The notes: a model not told the origin generated them from the letters alone. A DNA stretch of 64,000 nucleotides from an uncultured Gemmatimonadota bacterium (GCA_964576115.1 CAZNUA010000001.1:62001-126000); one strand, 5' to 3'. Shown: positions 52,004 to 63,851, counted from the first letter of the stretch. A program made the numbers and translations.

Positions 52004-52543
52004 ATGACAATCGAGTATCACGACCTGCAGATCGAGTGCGTGCGGGGCGACATCGCCGCTCAGGAGGGCTTCGATGCGGTCGGTAACGCCGCCAATGCGG
52101 CCCTGATGCCCGGCGGGGGAGTGGCCGGCGCCATTCACCGGACCGCCGGCCCCGGCCTGGCCGCAGAATGCCGGCCCCTCGGGCCGATCGAGCCGGGCGA
52201 GGCCGTGATCACCGGCGGTCATGACCTGCCGAATCCGCATGTGATTCACTGCCTCGGACCGGTCTACGGCCGTGACACGCCCTCCGATGAGCTGCTGGCG
52301 AGCTGTTATGCGCGGGCGCTCGAACTGGCCGAGGAGGCGGAGCTGACCTCACTGGCGATGCCGGCCATCAGCACCGGGATTTTCGGCTACCCGGTGCGCG
52401 AGGCGGCCCGGATCGCTTTTTCCATCATCCGCGACACCGCTCCCCGACTCGCGTATCTCAGACGTTTCCGGTTCGTTCTGTGGTCACAGGAAGATCTGCG
52501 GACGCACGTCGAGGTCATGCAGGAGATCTTCGGTCGGGGGTGA
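52004..52543 (+). CDS. Macro domain protein (YmdB / O-acetyl-ADP-ribose deacetylase-like)
   Basis: GDI, NAAN, GGGVAGAIH and PAISTGIFGYP motifs. Confidence 0.93.
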   Translation: MTIEYHDLQIECVRGDIAAQEGFDAVGNAANAALMPGGGVAGAIHRTAGPGLAAECRPLGPIEPGEAVITGGHDLPNPHVIHCLGPVYGRDTPSDELLASCYARALELAEEAELTSLAMPAISTGIFGYPVREAARIAFSIIRDTAPRLAYLRRFRFVLWSQEDLRTHVEVMQEIFGRG

Positions 52544-52677
52544 CGGCTATCCTGTTCATCCTCTACCCTGAAGGGTAGCGTTCCGTATCCAGGGTGTTCC
52601 GCGATCGCTCCTGTCCGGAACCGGCCGCCGGTCAGACAGCCGGCCGGAGGGAGCCAATACCGGGAGGACCGGATCCT

Positions 52678-54675
52678 ATGGCGCGCAGGAAACCGTCGCC
52701 CGATGAACTCTGCCTGAATGCCATCCGCCTGCTGGCGGCGGACATGGTGGAGGAAGCCGCCTCGGGGCACCCCGGAGCTCCGATGGGCGCCGCGCCTCTG
52801 GCCTATGTCGTCTGGCAGAGATATCTCAGGCACAACCCGGCTGACCCCGACTGGCCCGACCGGGACCGTTTCGTGCTCTCGATGGGCCACGCCAGCGCCC
52901 TCCTTTACGGTCTGCTTCACCTGACCGGATACGATCTGCCGCTCGAAGAGCTGCGGCAGTTCCGCCAGTGGGGAAGCCTCACCCCCGGTCACCCCGAATA
53001 CGGACTGACGCCCGGCGTGGAGGCCACCACCGGACCGCTCGGTCAGGGGGTCGGCATGGCGGTGGGACTGGCCCTGGCCGAACGCATCCAGGCCGCCCGC
53101 TGGAACCGCCCGGGCCTGAAACTCTTCGATCACTATACCTGGGGACTCTGCTCCGATGGGGACCTGATGGAGGGAGTCGCTTCCGAAGCCGCCTCGCTGG
53201 CCGGCCACCTGCAGCTCGACAAGCTCATCCTCCTGTACGACGACAACGGAATCACAATCGACGGCTCGACCGGGCTGACATTCACCGAAAATGTCCGGCG
53301 CCGCTTCCAGGCCTACGGCTGGCACGTCCCCAATACCGTCGACGGTCTCGACCTGGAAGCCCTCGACGCCGCCATCATCCGGGCCCGCCGGGACCGGCGT
53401 CCTTCGCTCATCCCCTGCCGGACGACCATCGCCTGGGGCAGCCCGAACAAGGCGGGGACGGCCGGTGCCCATGGCGCCCCACTCGGGGCCGAAGAACTCC
53501 GGCTCACAAAAGCGGCCCTGGGCTGGCCTGAAGACGAATCCTTCCATATCCCCAACGATGTGCGCGATCACATGGACGCCCGCCCGCGCGGCCGCGATCT
53601 CCAGAATGCGTGGCAGACGCTCCTCGAGCGCTACCGCACGTCCTATCCCGAGCAGGCCGAAAGGCTGAAAGAGGAACTCGCCGGAGTACTTCCGGAGGAT
53701 TGGACCGGCGCCCTGCCGGTCTTCGACGCCGGGGCCAGACCGATTGCAACCCGGAGCGCGTCGGGAAAGGTACTCAACGCCCTGGCGGGAGTGGTGCCGA
53801 ACCTGGTCGGCGGATCGGCCGATCTGGCGCCCTCGAACAAGAGTCTCATGGAGAACCTGGCCGATCAATCGCATGACGAACCGGGGGGGCGCAACCTGCG
53901 CTTCGGCGTGCGCGAACATGCCATGGGAGCCATCTGCAACGGCCTGGCCCTGCACGGCGGACTGCGCCCGTATGCGGCCACCTTCCTGGTTTTCAGCGAT
54001 TACATGCGTCCCAGCCTGCGGCTGGCTGCGATGATGGGACTGCCCGTCATTTATCTCTTCACCCACGATTCGATCGCAGTCGGTGAGGACGGTCCGACTC
54101 ACCAACCGGTCGAACACATCATGAGCCTGCGGCTCATTCCCGGTCTGCACGTGATCCGGCCCGCCGATGCCAACGAAACCGCCCGGGCCTGGGAAATGGC
54201 GCTCGGGCGTCAGGACGGCCCCACCGCCCTGATCCTGACCCGCCAGAACCTGCCCGTCATCGATCCGGCGCGGGCGGCCGGCACACGGCACGGCGGCTAC
54301 GTGCTGAGCCGCACGCTGGGACAGCGTCAGGTGGCCCTCATCGCTACCGGCTCAGAGGTCCCGCTCGCGCTCGAAGCCAAAGCCCTGCTCGAAGCCGAGT
54401 CGATCGGTACCCGGGTCGTCAGCCTTCCCTGCTGGGATATATTCGACGAACAGAGTCTCGAGTACCTCGAGGATGTTTTACCGGCCGGGAGCCTGAAGAT
54501 TGCGATCGAAGCGGGTGTCACATCGGGATGGGAGCGCTGGGTCGACAGACCGACTCACGTGCACGGGCTGAACCGTTTCGGCGCCTCGGCTCCGTACGAG
54601 GTTCTCTATCCCCGGATGGATTTTACCGCCGAGGCCGTCGTGGACCGTGTGAAAAAACTGCTGGAGGAACGATAA
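52678..54675 (+). CDS. tkt: Transketolase
   Basis: SGHPG, TGPLGQG, DGDLMEG and [16 protein letters not shown] motifs. Confidence 0.97.
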   Translation: MARRKPSPDELCLNAIRLLAADMVEEAASGHPGAPMGAAPLAYVVWQRYLRHNPADPDWPDRDRFVLSMGHASALLYGLLHLTGYDLPLEELRQFRQWGSLTPGHPEYGLTPGVEATTGPLGQGVGMAVGLALAERIQAARWNRPGLKLFDHYTWGLCSDGDLMEGVASEAASLAGHLQLDKLILLYDDNGITIDGSTGLTFTENVRRRFQAYGWHVPNTVDGLDLEALDAAIIRARRDRRPSLIPCRTTIAWGSPNKAGTAGAHGAPLGAEELRLTKAALGWPEDESFHIPNDVRDHMDARPRGRDLQNAWQTLLERYRTSYPEQAERLKEELAGVLPEDWTGALPVFDAGARPIATRSASGKVLNALAGVVPNLVGGSADLAPSNKSLMENLADQSHDEPGGRNLRFGVREHAMGAICNGLALHGGLRPYAATFLVFSDYMRPSLRLAAMMGLPVIYLFTHDSIAVGEDGPTHQPVEHIMSLRLIPGLHVIRPADANETARAWEMALGRQDGPTALILTRQNLPVIDPARAAGTRHGGYVLSRTLGQRQVALIATGSEVPLALEAKALLEAESIGTRVVSLPCWDIFDEQSLEYLEDVLPAGSLKIAIEAGVTSGWERWVDRPTHVHGLNRFGASAPYEVLYPRMDFTAEAVVDRVKKLLEER

Positions 54676-55121
54676 TGCGTGTTGTCATAGCCTGTGATCA
54701 TGCCGGTTTCGCGTTGAAAGCTGCGGTTGCGAAGGTTATCGCCGACCTCGGTCACGAGGTGATCAACCTGGGAACCGATTCCCCCGATGTGAAGACCGAC
54801 TATCCCGATGTGGCCCAGGCGGTGGGCAAAGTCATGCAGCTCGAGGAAGCCGACCGGGGCATCCTGATCTGCGGCAGCGGGGTAGGCACCAGCATCGCCG
54901 CGAACAAGATGAAGGGTATCCGGGCTGCAGTCTGTCACGATACCTATTCGGCCGCCCAGGGAGTGGAACACGACGACATGAACGTGCTCTGCATGGGCGG
55001 CCGGGTCATCGGCGTCGCTCTGGCCACCGAGCTGGTCAGGGCTTTTCTCTTCGCTTCCTTCTCGAACGAGGAACGCTTCGTGCGCCGGCTCGACAAAGTC
55101 AAACAGCTGGAACAGGAATAG
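54675..55121 (+). CDS. rpiB: Ribose-5-phosphate isomerase B
   Basis: DHAG, DYPD and CGSGVG motifs; TAATG overlap with tkt. Confidence 0.96.
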   Translation: MRVVIACDHAGFALKAAVAKVIADLGHEVINLGTDSPDVKTDYPDVAQAVGKVMQLEEADRGILICGSGVGTSIAANKMKGIRAAVCHDTYSAAQGVEHDDMNVLCMGGRVIGVALATELVRAFLFASFSNEERFVRRLDKVKQLEQE

Positions 55122-55132
55122 GCCCGGCCACA

Positions 55133-55627
55133 TTAGCTCAGCTTTAAAACACTTCTCAGGAATTGCTCCGTCGTCGCTGCTGCGCCGGGCCGCTTGCTCT
55201 CGCGCGGCCCGGCCACATTCAAAACCCGGATGTTGTGGGTGCGGATCCAGGTTCGGATCCGCTCACTCTCACTTTCCAGATGCTCGGAAGAAGCGGCGAT
55301 CCGTTCCAGATCGACCACGGCCCAGGGACGACCGTACTGCTCGATCTGATAGAGAGTGTAGGCCGTGCCTCCGGCGGGAAAGGGAGGCGCGATCACCAGG
55401 GTGGCATCGCTGTCACGGACATTGAATTCGGTCCGATCTTCATACCGTTCGGTCATGGTTTCCTGCAGGGGATAGCGGGAAGCGATCGGGCCGTCTTCGG
55501 CCCGGCGCCCCCGCGGACACCATCCGCCGCAGGAAATACCCGCGGCCAGAGCGGCATCGAGAGCGCCCCGATCCACCCCGCTCTGCCCGCCGGATACGAT
55601 TTTCTCGATCGGCAGCGGTCCGCTCAT
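55133..55627 (-). CDS. SLOG superfamily 'putative molybdenum carrier' protein
   Basis: SGGQSGVDRGALD, RTEFNVRDSDAT and LNVAGPRES motifs. Confidence 0.9.
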   Translation of the reverse strand: MSGPLPIEKIVSGGQSGVDRGALDAALAAGISCGGWCPRGRRAEDGPIASRYPLQETMTERYEDRTEFNVRDSDATLVIAPPFPAGGTAYTLYQIEQYGRPWAVVDLERIAASSEHLESESERIRTWIRTHNIRVLNVAGPRESKRPGAAATTEQFLRSVLKLS

Positions 55628-56151
55628 TCCGGCCGGTTTCCCTCCCAGGTCTCGAAGCGCACGATCTCGTCGAGCTCCAGACGCCCCCGTGGGTTTCCGG
55701 TGGCCGAGGCATACCCGAGTGTCAGAAGCTGCACGACTTCGATTTCATCGGGAATACCCAGAACGTCCCGGACCTGATCGGCGGAGAAGGATCCGACCCA
55801 GCAGGTTCCCAGCCCCAGTTCGTGAGCCGCCAGGGTCATGTGGTCGATCGCGATCGCTACATCGATCGGATAAGCCAGCTGACCGCAGCGCATCGTCCGC
55901 CGGTCGGTCTCGGCACAGCAGGCGATGACGACAGGCGCCTCGCCCACGAAGCGCTGCCCGTTGGCCGCAACCACGAGCTGCTGCCGCAGGCCGGCATCGC
56001 GCACGACCACGAAGCGCCACTCCTGCTTGTTATTGGCCGAAGGAGCCAGACGTCCGGCCTCGAGCACGGCCAGGAGTTTTTCCTCCTCTACCGGCTCATC
56101 GCGGTACGAGCGGATGCTGCGACGGTTTCGAATGGCTTCGGCAACGGTCAT
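55624..56151 (-). CDS. Nitroreductase family protein
   Basis: RRSIRSY, APSANNKQEW and LGLGTCW motifs. Confidence 0.93.
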   Translation of the reverse strand: MTVAEAIRNRRSIRSYRDEPVEEEKLLAVLEAGRLAPSANNKQEWRFVVVRDAGLRQQLVVAANGQRFVGEAPVVIACCAETDRRTMRCGQLAYPIDVAIAIDHMTLAAHELGLGTCWVGSFSADQVRDVLGIPDEIEVVQLLTLGYASATGNPRGRLELDEIVRFETWEGNRPE

Positions 56152-56972
56152 CAGGGACCTCCAGGTTCGAGAATGACCAGGAGCGGGCGGTGATCCGAGG
56201 CGATGTCTTCTTCCAGAACCCGCACCTCGACCACCCGCCAGGCGCCGGCGGGACGTACGAGGATGTAATCGAGGCGGCGCTGCGGATCGCGGCTCGGGAA
56301 AGTCGGCTCTTGCCGCACGGGCGAGGTGTCCTGCCACTGCTGTGCCAGTACGAGCATCGGCTCGCTGTCCGGGAGAGCATTCAGATCGCCGGCCAGAATC
56401 TGGAGTTGAGGGTCGTACCCAAGGGCAAGATCGTTCAGGAGTACGGCCTGTTCGATCCGATCGGTCGGGTCGCCGGTGTGATCCAGATGGGTGCCGATGA
56501 AAACCAGGCGCGGGCCTCTGCGCCAGGCTCTGACCGTCACGGCCAGGGCGGCGCGCGGTTCGTGCCCCGGACTCGCGGCCAGCGGGTGGGTCGTGACGTC
56601 GAGGACCTTCAAGCGGGTCAGGACCGCCTCGCCGTATCCCCCACCCCGGTATGGCATCGCCTCGCCGAAGAAAGCCTGCATCCCGGTCAGGCGGCCGAGT
56701 TCGGCTGCCTGGTCGACTCCGCTCGAACGTTCGGTGGCCCGGTCGACCTCCTGGAGAGCAACGAGATCGGGCTCGACAGCGGTGATGACCCGGGCCAGGC
56801 GTTCCAGATCGAACGAGCCGTCGACCCCTTCCCCGTGATGGATGTTATAGGTCAGAACCCGTAGCCTGACCGGGTCGCCGACCCGGGACAGAGAGGTACA
56901 GGCCGCCAGAGCGAGAACGGCGAACAGAAGAACGGCAGCGGTTGTCCCGAGACGGGATCGGGGCCGGGTCAT
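56151..56972 (-). CDS. Endonuclease/exonuclease/phosphatase family lipoprotein
   Basis: TYNIH, LQEVD, THLD, GDLN, LDYI and SDHRP motifs; lipobox LAAC. Confidence 0.92.
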   Translation of the reverse strand: MTRPRSRLGTTAAVLLFAVLALAACTSLSRVGDPVRLRVLTYNIHHGEGVDGSFDLERLARVITAVEPDLVALQEVDRATERSSGVDQAAELGRLTGMQAFFGEAMPYRGGGYGEAVLTRLKVLDVTTHPLAASPGHEPRAALAVTVRAWRRGPRLVFIGTHLDHTGDPTDRIEQAVLLNDLALGYDPQLQILAGDLNALPDSEPMLVLAQQWQDTSPVRQEPTFPSRDPQRRLDYILVRPAGAWRVVEVRVLEEDIASDHRPLLVILEPGGP

Positions 56973-58186
56973 GAACCGAACCGCCGCTCGATATAGTCGT
57001 CGAGCAGGTGCAGGAACTGCCCGGCGATATCGTCTCCCGCGAGGGTGGCGTGGAGGGCACCGTCGACATACACCGGGGCTTTCGGTTCCTCGGCCGTGCC
57101 GGGCAGGCTGATCCCGATATCGGCGTGGCGGCTCTCGCCGGGTCCGTTTACCACACACCCCATGACGGCGATCTCGAGCTCCTCGACACCGGGGAAGCGC
57201 CGGCTCCACTCCCGGCTCATCTCGGCGATATGCTTGCGAACCCGGTCGGCGAGAGCGAGATAGGCGGTGCTCCCGGTCCGGCCGCACCCCGGGCAGGAGA
57301 CGACCTGGGGTTCGAAGCGGCGCAGGTCGAGACTCTGCAGAAGCTGACGAGCCACCTGCACCTCCCGGGTGCGATCACCGTCGGGTTCGGGAGTCAGGCT
57401 CACCCGGACGGTATCGCCGATTCCCTCGACCAGCAGGATTCCCGACCCGACCACGCTGCCGATGATCCCCCGGTCCCCACCGCCGGCTTCGGTGAGCCCG
57501 AGGTGAATCGGATAGGAACAGGAGGCGGCCAGTTCGCGATTTACCGCAACGAGTTCGGGAACGTTCGAGACCTTGATGGAGACCACGATCCGGTCGGGTT
57601 CCAGCCCGAGTTCCTCGGCCCGGCGGGCCGAGGCAAGGACGCTTTCAAGCAGGGCTGTACGCACGACTTCGCGCGGGGGCCGGGCGTCTGCGCCAACCGC
57701 GTGCTGCTCCATCAGCCGGGCCTGCAGGTCGGCATCTACACTGCCCCAGTTGGCCCCGATCCGCACCGGCCGGCGGTGGGCGATCGCCCGCCCGATGATC
57801 GCCGCGAAATTGTCGTCCCGCCCCACCCCGACCCCGACGTTGCCGGGATTGATCCGGTACTTGGCCAGGGTGTCGGCACAGGCGGGATGTTCAGCGAGCA
57901 GAAGATGGCCGTTGTAGTGAAAATCCCCGATCAGGGGCACTTCACATCCGGCGCGGGCGAGGGCGTCGGCGATCGCCGGTACGGCCTCGGCGGCCTGACG
58001 GGTGTTGACGGTGAGACGGACCAGTTCGGAACCGGCCCGGACCAGGTCGCAGATCTGGGCAACCGTCGACTCGACATCGGCGGTGGGGGTGTTGGTCATC
58101 GACTGCACCGCAATCGGTGCGTCCCCTCCTATACCTACTCCCCCGACATCGACACTCGCCGACCTTCTGCGCTTCGCCGGAGCCAT
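56969..58186 (-). CDS. ispG: (E)-4-hydroxy-3-methylbut-2-enyl-diphosphate synthase
   Basis: VQSMTNT, RINPGN, HLGLTEAG, CPGCGRT and MGCVVNGPGE motifs. Confidence 0.97.
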   Translation of the reverse strand: MAPAKRRRSASVDVGGVGIGGDAPIAVQSMTNTPTADVESTVAQICDLVRAGSELVRLTVNTRQAAEAVPAIADALARAGCEVPLIGDFHYNGHLLLAEHPACADTLAKYRINPGNVGVGVGRDDNFAAIIGRAIAHRRPVRIGANWGSVDADLQARLMEQHAVGADARPPREVVRTALLESVLASARRAEELGLEPDRIVVSIKVSNVPELVAVNRELAASCSYPIHLGLTEAGGGDRGIIGSVVGSGILLVEGIGDTVRVSLTPEPDGDRTREVQVARQLLQSLDLRRFEPQVVSCPGCGRTGSTAYLALADRVRKHIAEMSREWSRRFPGVEELEIAVMGCVVNGPGESRHADIGISLPGTAEEPKAPVYVDGALHATLAGDDIAGQFLHLLDDYIERRFGS

Positions 58187-58193
58187 GAGACAG

Positions 58194-60896
58194 TCAGTCT
58201 CCGGCGGCGATCAGCCGTCGCAGCACGTAATCGAGGATACCGCGGTGACGGTAGACCTCGACTTCGAAGGGGGTGTCGAGACGCACATCAAGGGCCGCCG
58301 AGCCGCTCTGTCCGTCGACTGCGGTCCATTCCAGAATGATCTCACCACCCGGTTTCAGTTCCGAGTCCAGGCCGCCGATCCGGAACTCTTCACTCCCGTC
58401 CAGCCCGAGACTTTCATGTGAGTCGCCCGGCTTGAACTGCAGCGGCAGAACCCCCATGCCGACCAGGTTCGAGCGATGGATCCGCTCGAAGCTGCGGGCC
58501 GCGACAACCTGCACTCCGAGCAGCCGGGTTCCCTTGGCGGCCCAGTCGCGGCTCGAACCGGTGCCGTAGTTGACGCCGGCCAGAACGATCAGCGGTACGC
58601 CTTCGTGTTCGTACTGCACCGCGGCATCGTACACGCTCATCTCCTCACCGTCGGGGAAGTGGCGGGTAAAACCCCCTTCGGTGGGCGACACCAGCTGGTT
58701 CTTGATCCGGTTGTTCGCGAATGTGCCCCGGATCATGACCTCGTGATTGCCCCGCCGCGAACCGTAGGAATTGAAATCGCTGGGCTCGACACCCCGTCCG
58801 GTCAGGTAGGTCCCGGCGGGGGTCGACTCGGCGAAAGCTCCGGCTGGGGAGATGTGGTCGGTGGTGATGTTGTCGCCCAGAACCAGCAGGGCCCGGGCGC
58901 CTTCGAGATCGGTCACCGGCGGTGGAGAGTGCGGATCGAAGTCGCCGGTGAAATAGGGCGGCTCCTGGATATAGGTGCTCTCGCGATCCCACTCGAAGAG
59001 CGTCCCGGTGGGAGCTTCCAGAGCGTTCCACTCCTCGGCCTGAGCCTCGATGTCGGTATACCTGGTCCGGAACGCTTCCGGGCTCAGACCGATGGCCAGA
59101 GCCTCGCGGATCTCTTCGGAGCAGGGCCAGATATCCTTCAGGTACACCGGTTCTCCATCGGTTCCTTCGCCGATCGGATCGCGGGTCAGATCCCGGCGGA
59201 CCGATCCGGCCAGGGCGAAAGCCACTACCAGCGGCGGCGAGGCCAGGTAGCTGGCCTTCACATCGGGATGTACCCGGGCCTCGAAATTGCGATTGCCGCT
59301 CAGCACGCTGGCGCAGACCAGGTCGGAGTCCACGATCTGGGCCCGGATCTCTTCGGGCAGGGGCCCGGAGTTACCGATGCAGGTCGTGCATCCGTACCCG
59401 ACCACATGGAAACCGATCTGTTCCAGGTAGGGGAGCAGGCCCGATTTTTCGAGATAATCGGTGACCACCCGGCTGCCCGGGGCCAGCGACGTCTTCACGT
59501 GCGGCGGAACCTGCAGCCCTTTTTCGACGGCCTTTTTCGCCACCAGGCCCGACGCGAGCATGACCATCGGGTTGGAGGTGTTGGTACACGACGTGATGGC
59601 GGCGATGACCACATCGCCGTCCTGCAGGCCGTCGGCCGCCGCTGTGATCGAATCCGAATCGCGGCCGAAGCCGCCCTCGGGAACCGGCTGGGCCAATTGC
59701 CCGGTGAACGATCCCTGCAGATCTCCCAGAGAGATCCGGGCCTGCGGCAGGCGGGGACCGGCCACGCTGGGTCCGACACTTCCCAGATCGAGTTCGAGTT
59801 CGGTCGAGTACTCGACCTCGCCCGCTTTGGGGATGCCGAACATACCCTGGGCTTCGAAGTACGCCCGCACCAGGGCAACCTGCTCTTCACTGCGGCCCGA
59901 AAAACGGTAGTATTCCAGAGTCTCCTCATCGATGGGGAAAAAGCCCATGGTGGCGCCGTACTCCGGACTCATGTTGGCGATGGTGGCACGATCGGGCAGG
60001 CTGAGGGCTTCGACTCCCTCGCCGAAATACTCCACGAACTTGCCCACCACTCCTTCGCGCCGCAGGATCTCGGTCACGGTCAGGACCAGATCGGTGGCGG
60101 TCACGCCCTCGGCCAGTTTGCCGTTCATGCGGAAACCGACCACTTCGGGAGTCAGGAAGACGACGGGCTGGCCGAGCAGGGCGGCTTCGGCCTCGATGCC
60201 GCCGACCCCCCAGCCGACCACGCCGATTCCGTTGATCATGGTTGTGTGCGAATCGGTCCCGACCAGAGTATCGGGGTAAGCAATGGTCCGGGCCCCGGCC
60301 TCGCTGGCGAAGACACCCCGGGCCAGGTATTCGAGGTTGACCTGGTGGATGATGCCGATCGCCGGCGGAACCACATCGAAATCTTCGTACGCTCCCTTGG
60401 CCCATTTCAACAGCGTATAGCGCTCGCTGTTGCGCTCGAATTCGAGACGGGTGTTGATCGAAAACGCATCGGGGGAACCGAACGCGTCGACCTGAACGGA
60501 ATGGTCCACCACCATATGGACCGGACAGAGGGGATTGATCAGTTCGGGTTCCTTCCCCGCCCGGGCCATGGCCGCACGCATGGCGGCCAGATCGACCACG
60601 GCCGGAACCCCGGTGAAGTCCTGCATGACGATCCGTGCGACCGTAAAGGGAATTTCGGCCGGGGCGGGGTCGTCGGCCCGCCAGCCGGCCAGATTGCGCA
60701 CGTCATCCGCAGTGACCTTTTCGTCATCAAGATTGCGCAGTACGCTCTCGAGGACGATCCGCAGGCAGACCGGCAGACGGCTGATATGCCCCACCCCGGC
60801 TTCCTCGAGAGCCGGCAGGCTCCAGTAGGTGTATTCGGTATCGTTGGCAGTGAATGTCCGGACGGCGCCGAACGGGTCGCTGGCGATGCTGTTCAT
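58194..60896 (-). CDS. acnA: Aconitate hydratase A
   Basis: [38 protein letters not shown] and GSSRDWAAK motifs. Confidence 0.97.
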   Translation of the reverse strand: MNSIASDPFGAVRTFTANDTEYTYWSLPALEEAGVGHISRLPVCLRIVLESVLRNLDDEKVTADDVRNLAGWRADDPAPAEIPFTVARIVMQDFTGVPAVVDLAAMRAAMARAGKEPELINPLCPVHMVVDHSVQVDAFGSPDAFSINTRLEFERNSERYTLLKWAKGAYEDFDVVPPAIGIIHQVNLEYLARGVFASEAGARTIAYPDTLVGTDSHTTMINGIGVVGWGVGGIEAEAALLGQPVVFLTPEVVGFRMNGKLAEGVTATDLVLTVTEILRREGVVGKFVEYFGEGVEALSLPDRATIANMSPEYGATMGFFPIDEETLEYYRFSGRSEEQVALVRAYFEAQGMFGIPKAGEVEYSTELELDLGSVGPSVAGPRLPQARISLGDLQGSFTGQLAQPVPEGGFGRDSDSITAAADGLQDGDVVIAAITSCTNTSNPMVMLASGLVAKKAVEKGLQVPPHVKTSLAPGSRVVTDYLEKSGLLPYLEQIGFHVVGYGCTTCIGNSGPLPEEIRAQIVDSDLVCASVLSGNRNFEARVHPDVKASYLASPPLVVAFALAGSVRRDLTRDPIGEGTDGEPVYLKDIWPCSEEIREALAIGLSPEAFRTRYTDIEAQAEEWNALEAPTGTLFEWDRESTYIQEPPYFTGDFDPHSPPPVTDLEGARALLVLGDNITTDHISPAGAFAESTPAGTYLTGRGVEPSDFNSYGSRRGNHEVMIRGTFANNRIKNQLVSPTEGGFTRHFPDGEEMSVYDAAVQYEHEGVPLIVLAGVNYGTGSSRDWAAKGTRLLGVQVVAARSFERIHRSNLVGMGVLPLQFKPGDSHESLGLDGSEEFRIGGLDSELKPGGEIILEWTAVDGQSGSAALDVRLDTPFEVEVYRHRGILDYVLRRLIAAGD

Positions 60897-61071
60897 GTCG
60901 TTGTCCCCCGATGCGGTCTCTAAGTCCCTAGCGCGTCAGAATGCAGAGCTGCTGTACCTGTGTCGCAGTGATGTGATACGATACATTCTTCATCGGGCGG
61001 TACGCGAGGAGAAGATGCACCGCCTGAGTTCACCCGCACCCTGATCGGAAAACGGAGGGGAGCAAAAAACA

Positions 61072-61284
61072 ATGAGGATGTATACCTTCGGCGCCACTGC
61101 CGCCATCATCGGCCTGCTCTCGGTCCTCTATGGTCTGATCCTTTCGATCGGCATCATCCCGAGCGGCGCGATCCTCGGGATCACTGCCGGAGGAGCCCTC
61201 CACGGGGCCGAGGTCTTCTTCCTGATGGCGATCACGTTTTTCCTCTGGAAACCACACGGCACGGACGTCAGCCATCACGAGTAA
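61072..61284 (+). CDS. Small two-helix membrane protein
   Basis: RBS GGAGGGGAG; two hydrophobic segments. Confidence 0.7.
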   Translation: MRMYTFGATAAIIGLLSVLYGLILSIGIIPSGAILGITAGGALHGAEVFFLMAITFFLWKPHGTDVSHHE

Positions 61285-61367
61285 CTCACATCAGCGGTAT
61301 CTGCCGGTGCGCCCGACCACCGGTCGGCACCCTGCCTGACAGAGTCTGTCACCCGCCTTGTCTGACA

Positions 61368-61740
61368 ATACATGGCAACTTTTGTTTTATTATGGTGTAT
61401 TTAAGATTATTTAAGGCTAATAATATATTATAGCATATTATTACACCTACCAAGAATGTAAATACAACTATTTCTATATTCTAGGTTTTCCAATAATATT
61501 TACAGCTAATATACGTGTAATATTAATTAATAGTGTACATCTAGCTGTTTTAACGTTGCTTTTCATGCACAATAATATGTGCTGATACCATTCAGGCATT
61601 ACAATGCTTTATATTCTTTTATTAATACACACAATGAACATTAATATATACATATATGAACAAAACATACACACACACTTCCCCAAATGGGGTTATTAAC
61701 TACTTATTATATCTTATACTACTTTATTGTTTATTATTTT
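61368..61740. other. Very AT-rich non-coding island; candidate replication origin (oriC-like)
   Basis: Only 10 G+C in 61381-61440 and 14 in 61681-61740; degenerate DnaA boxes and a trinucleotide-repeat tract. Confidence 0.45.
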
Positions 61741-62989
61741 AGTTCCCTGCTGCTTTTTCCACCTCCCTGAATACCCGCAGCAAATTACCGCCCCAGAATT
61801 TATCGAGATCCCGGGCCGTGTAGCCGCACCGAATGAGTTCGACGCTCAGGTTGGGAAGCATCGAGATATCGTTCAGGCCCTCCACCCCGCCCCCGCCGTC
61901 AAAGTCGGAACCGAAACCGACATGGTCGATCCCGATCAGGTTCACCACGTAATCGATGTGCTTGATGAAGTCGTCGATGGTGGCCGGCGGGGTCGGGTAC
62001 TGCCGGCGCAGGGTCCGGTACTCCTGCATGAAGGCTGCCTGCTGTTCCTGGCTGAGGGATTCGATATCGCCGTACTTTTCCTGCAGGGCCGCTTCGGCGG
62101 CTTCGCGCTCGGGATTGGGAACCTCACCCCTGATGAACGAGTCGAGCGGGATGAGCTGGATACAGCCGCCGATCTCGGCCAGGCGGTAGAGCATCTCGTC
62201 GCTGAAGTTGCGGGGATGATCGTTGATCCCGTCGACGCCCGAGTGGCTGGCGATGACCGGGGCACTCGACATCTCGGCCACGTCGAAGAAGGTCTGATCG
62301 GAGACGTGGGAACAGTCGATCATGACTCCCAGGCGGTTCATTTCAGCCACGACCTGGCGGCCGAAGTCGGTCAGACCGAAGTCCTCCCGCTCCTCGCGGT
62401 GGGTGCTCGAGGCACAGATCTGGTTATCAGAGGAGTGCGAGAGGGTCATGTAGCGCATGCCGCGGTTGTAGAAATCCTCCACGTTGGAGAGATCGGGCCC
62501 GATCGGGTAGCCGTTTTCCACCCCGATGAAGATGGCCCTCGTGCCCGCCCGATGCAGGCGCAGGGCATCGGCCACGCTCAGAGCCAGCTCGGCATCGGGG
62601 CTCGCTTCGGCCTGGGCGTGAACCCAGTCGAATGCCGCGATTGCCCTCTGGTGGACGTTGGCGTACCCCTCCTCGGTGAGCGGCCCCTGCTCGGTGTACA
62701 CGGCCAGAAAGACGGCGTCTACATCACCCTCGATCATGCGGGGGATATCCCACAGGCCGCCTCCCCCCCACGTCTCCAAGTCGTGCCGGTCATTGGCGCT
62801 CCACTCGGGATCGCGCACGTGCAGGGGGGAGTCGAGATGGGTATCGGCGACCCAGGCTTTCACGTGGGCTCTCTCGGCCCGGGCCACGATCTGCTCTTCG
62901 GTCAGTTCTCCGGAACAGGCAGCCATCACGACGATGGCGGCGGCCGGCAGCAGCAGGGCGATTCGGCGCATCGGTGTCACTCTCCTCAT
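61739..62989 (-). CDS. Membrane dipeptidase (peptidase M19) lipoprotein
   Basis: DTHLD, GVENG, IDCSH, ASHSG, HPRN and GSDFDG motifs; lipobox MAAC. Confidence 0.93.
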   Translation of the reverse strand: MRRVTPMRRIALLLPAAAIVVMAACSGELTEEQIVARAERAHVKAWVADTHLDSPLHVRDPEWSANDRHDLETWGGGGLWDIPRMIEGDVDAVFLAVYTEQGPLTEEGYANVHQRAIAAFDWVHAQAEASPDAELALSVADALRLHRAGTRAIFIGVENGYPIGPDLSNVEDFYNRGMRYMTLSHSSDNQICASSTHREEREDFGLTDFGRQVVAEMNRLGVMIDCSHVSDQTFFDVAEMSSAPVIASHSGVDGINDHPRNFSDEMLYRLAEIGGCIQLIPLDSFIRGEVPNPEREAAEAALQEKYGDIESLSQEQQAAFMQEYRTLRRQYPTPPATIDDFIKHIDYVVNLIGIDHVGFGSDFDGGGGVEGLNDISMLPNLSVELIRCGYTARDLDKFWGGNLLRVFREVEKAAGN

Positions 62990-63074
62990 TCATGTCCCTC
63001 GGGTCACGTCCTCGCGGATCATCTGCCTTCGTTACACTCACTCTGCGACCGGCATTCAGACCGACCGTATCTCG

Positions 63075-63851
63075 TTACCGGGCGCAGGTCTGATGCCGGC
63101 CGCCGTCGATGGCGATCGTCTCCCCGGTAATCCAGCCGGAGTTCGGCGAGACCAGGAAGGCGATCAGGTCGGCGATTTCCTCGGGCCGGCCCACCCGCCC
63201 GAGAGGATGGGTCGTTTTCGAGTGCTCCAGGAAGGTGGCGTAGCGTTCCTCATCCATGCCCCCCGCCCGGTGCAGGTTGGTCACGGTCACCCCGGGATTC
63301 AGCCCGTTGACCCGCACCCCGTGCGGCGCCAGTTCCATGGCCAGGCAGCGGGTGAGCTGATCGACTCCGGCCTTGCTGACGCAGTAGGCCAGCACGCCGG
63401 GGAAGGCCCGCAGACCCGTCACGCTCGAGACGTTCACGATCGTTCCCTGCGAGACGAGCAGGGAGGGGATGCAGAGCCGGGTCAGGGCGAAAAGGGAGCG
63501 GAGGTTGATATCCATCATGATATCCCAGTCCTCCAGGGTGGTGCTCTCCCAGTCGGCGCTGGCGATGATCCCGGCGGCGTTGACCAGAGTGTCGAGCCCG
63601 TCGAATTCGCTCAGAGCGGTCTCGACCAGTTCGGTCCGGAAGGCGTCATTGGTCAGATCGCCGGCCAGAACATGGATGCTGCCCGGGGCCGGATCGAGGG
63701 CGGCGGCGAGTTCGGCCAGGGCTTCGGATCGGCGGCCGGTGGCGCAGACCCGGGCGCCGGCCCGGACAAAGAGTTCGGTCGCGGCCCGACCGATGCCGCT
63801 GCTCGCCCCCGTGATGAGAGCCCGTTTACCACTGAAATCCCATGTCGCCAT
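63075..63851 (-). CDS. SDR family oxidoreductase
   Basis: TGASSGIG, NAAG, YCVSK and DGG motifs. Confidence 0.95.
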   Translation of the reverse strand: MATWDFSGKRALITGASSGIGRAATELFVRAGARVCATGRRSEALAELAAALDPAPGSIHVLAGDLTNDAFRTELVETALSEFDGLDTLVNAAGIIASADWESTTLEDWDIMMDINLRSLFALTRLCIPSLLVSQGTIVNVSSVTGLRAFPGVLAYCVSKAGVDQLTRCLAMELAPHGVRVNGLNPGVTVTNLHRAGGMDEERYATFLEHSKTTHPLGRVGRPEEIADLIAFLVSPNSGWITGETIAIDGGRHQTCAR

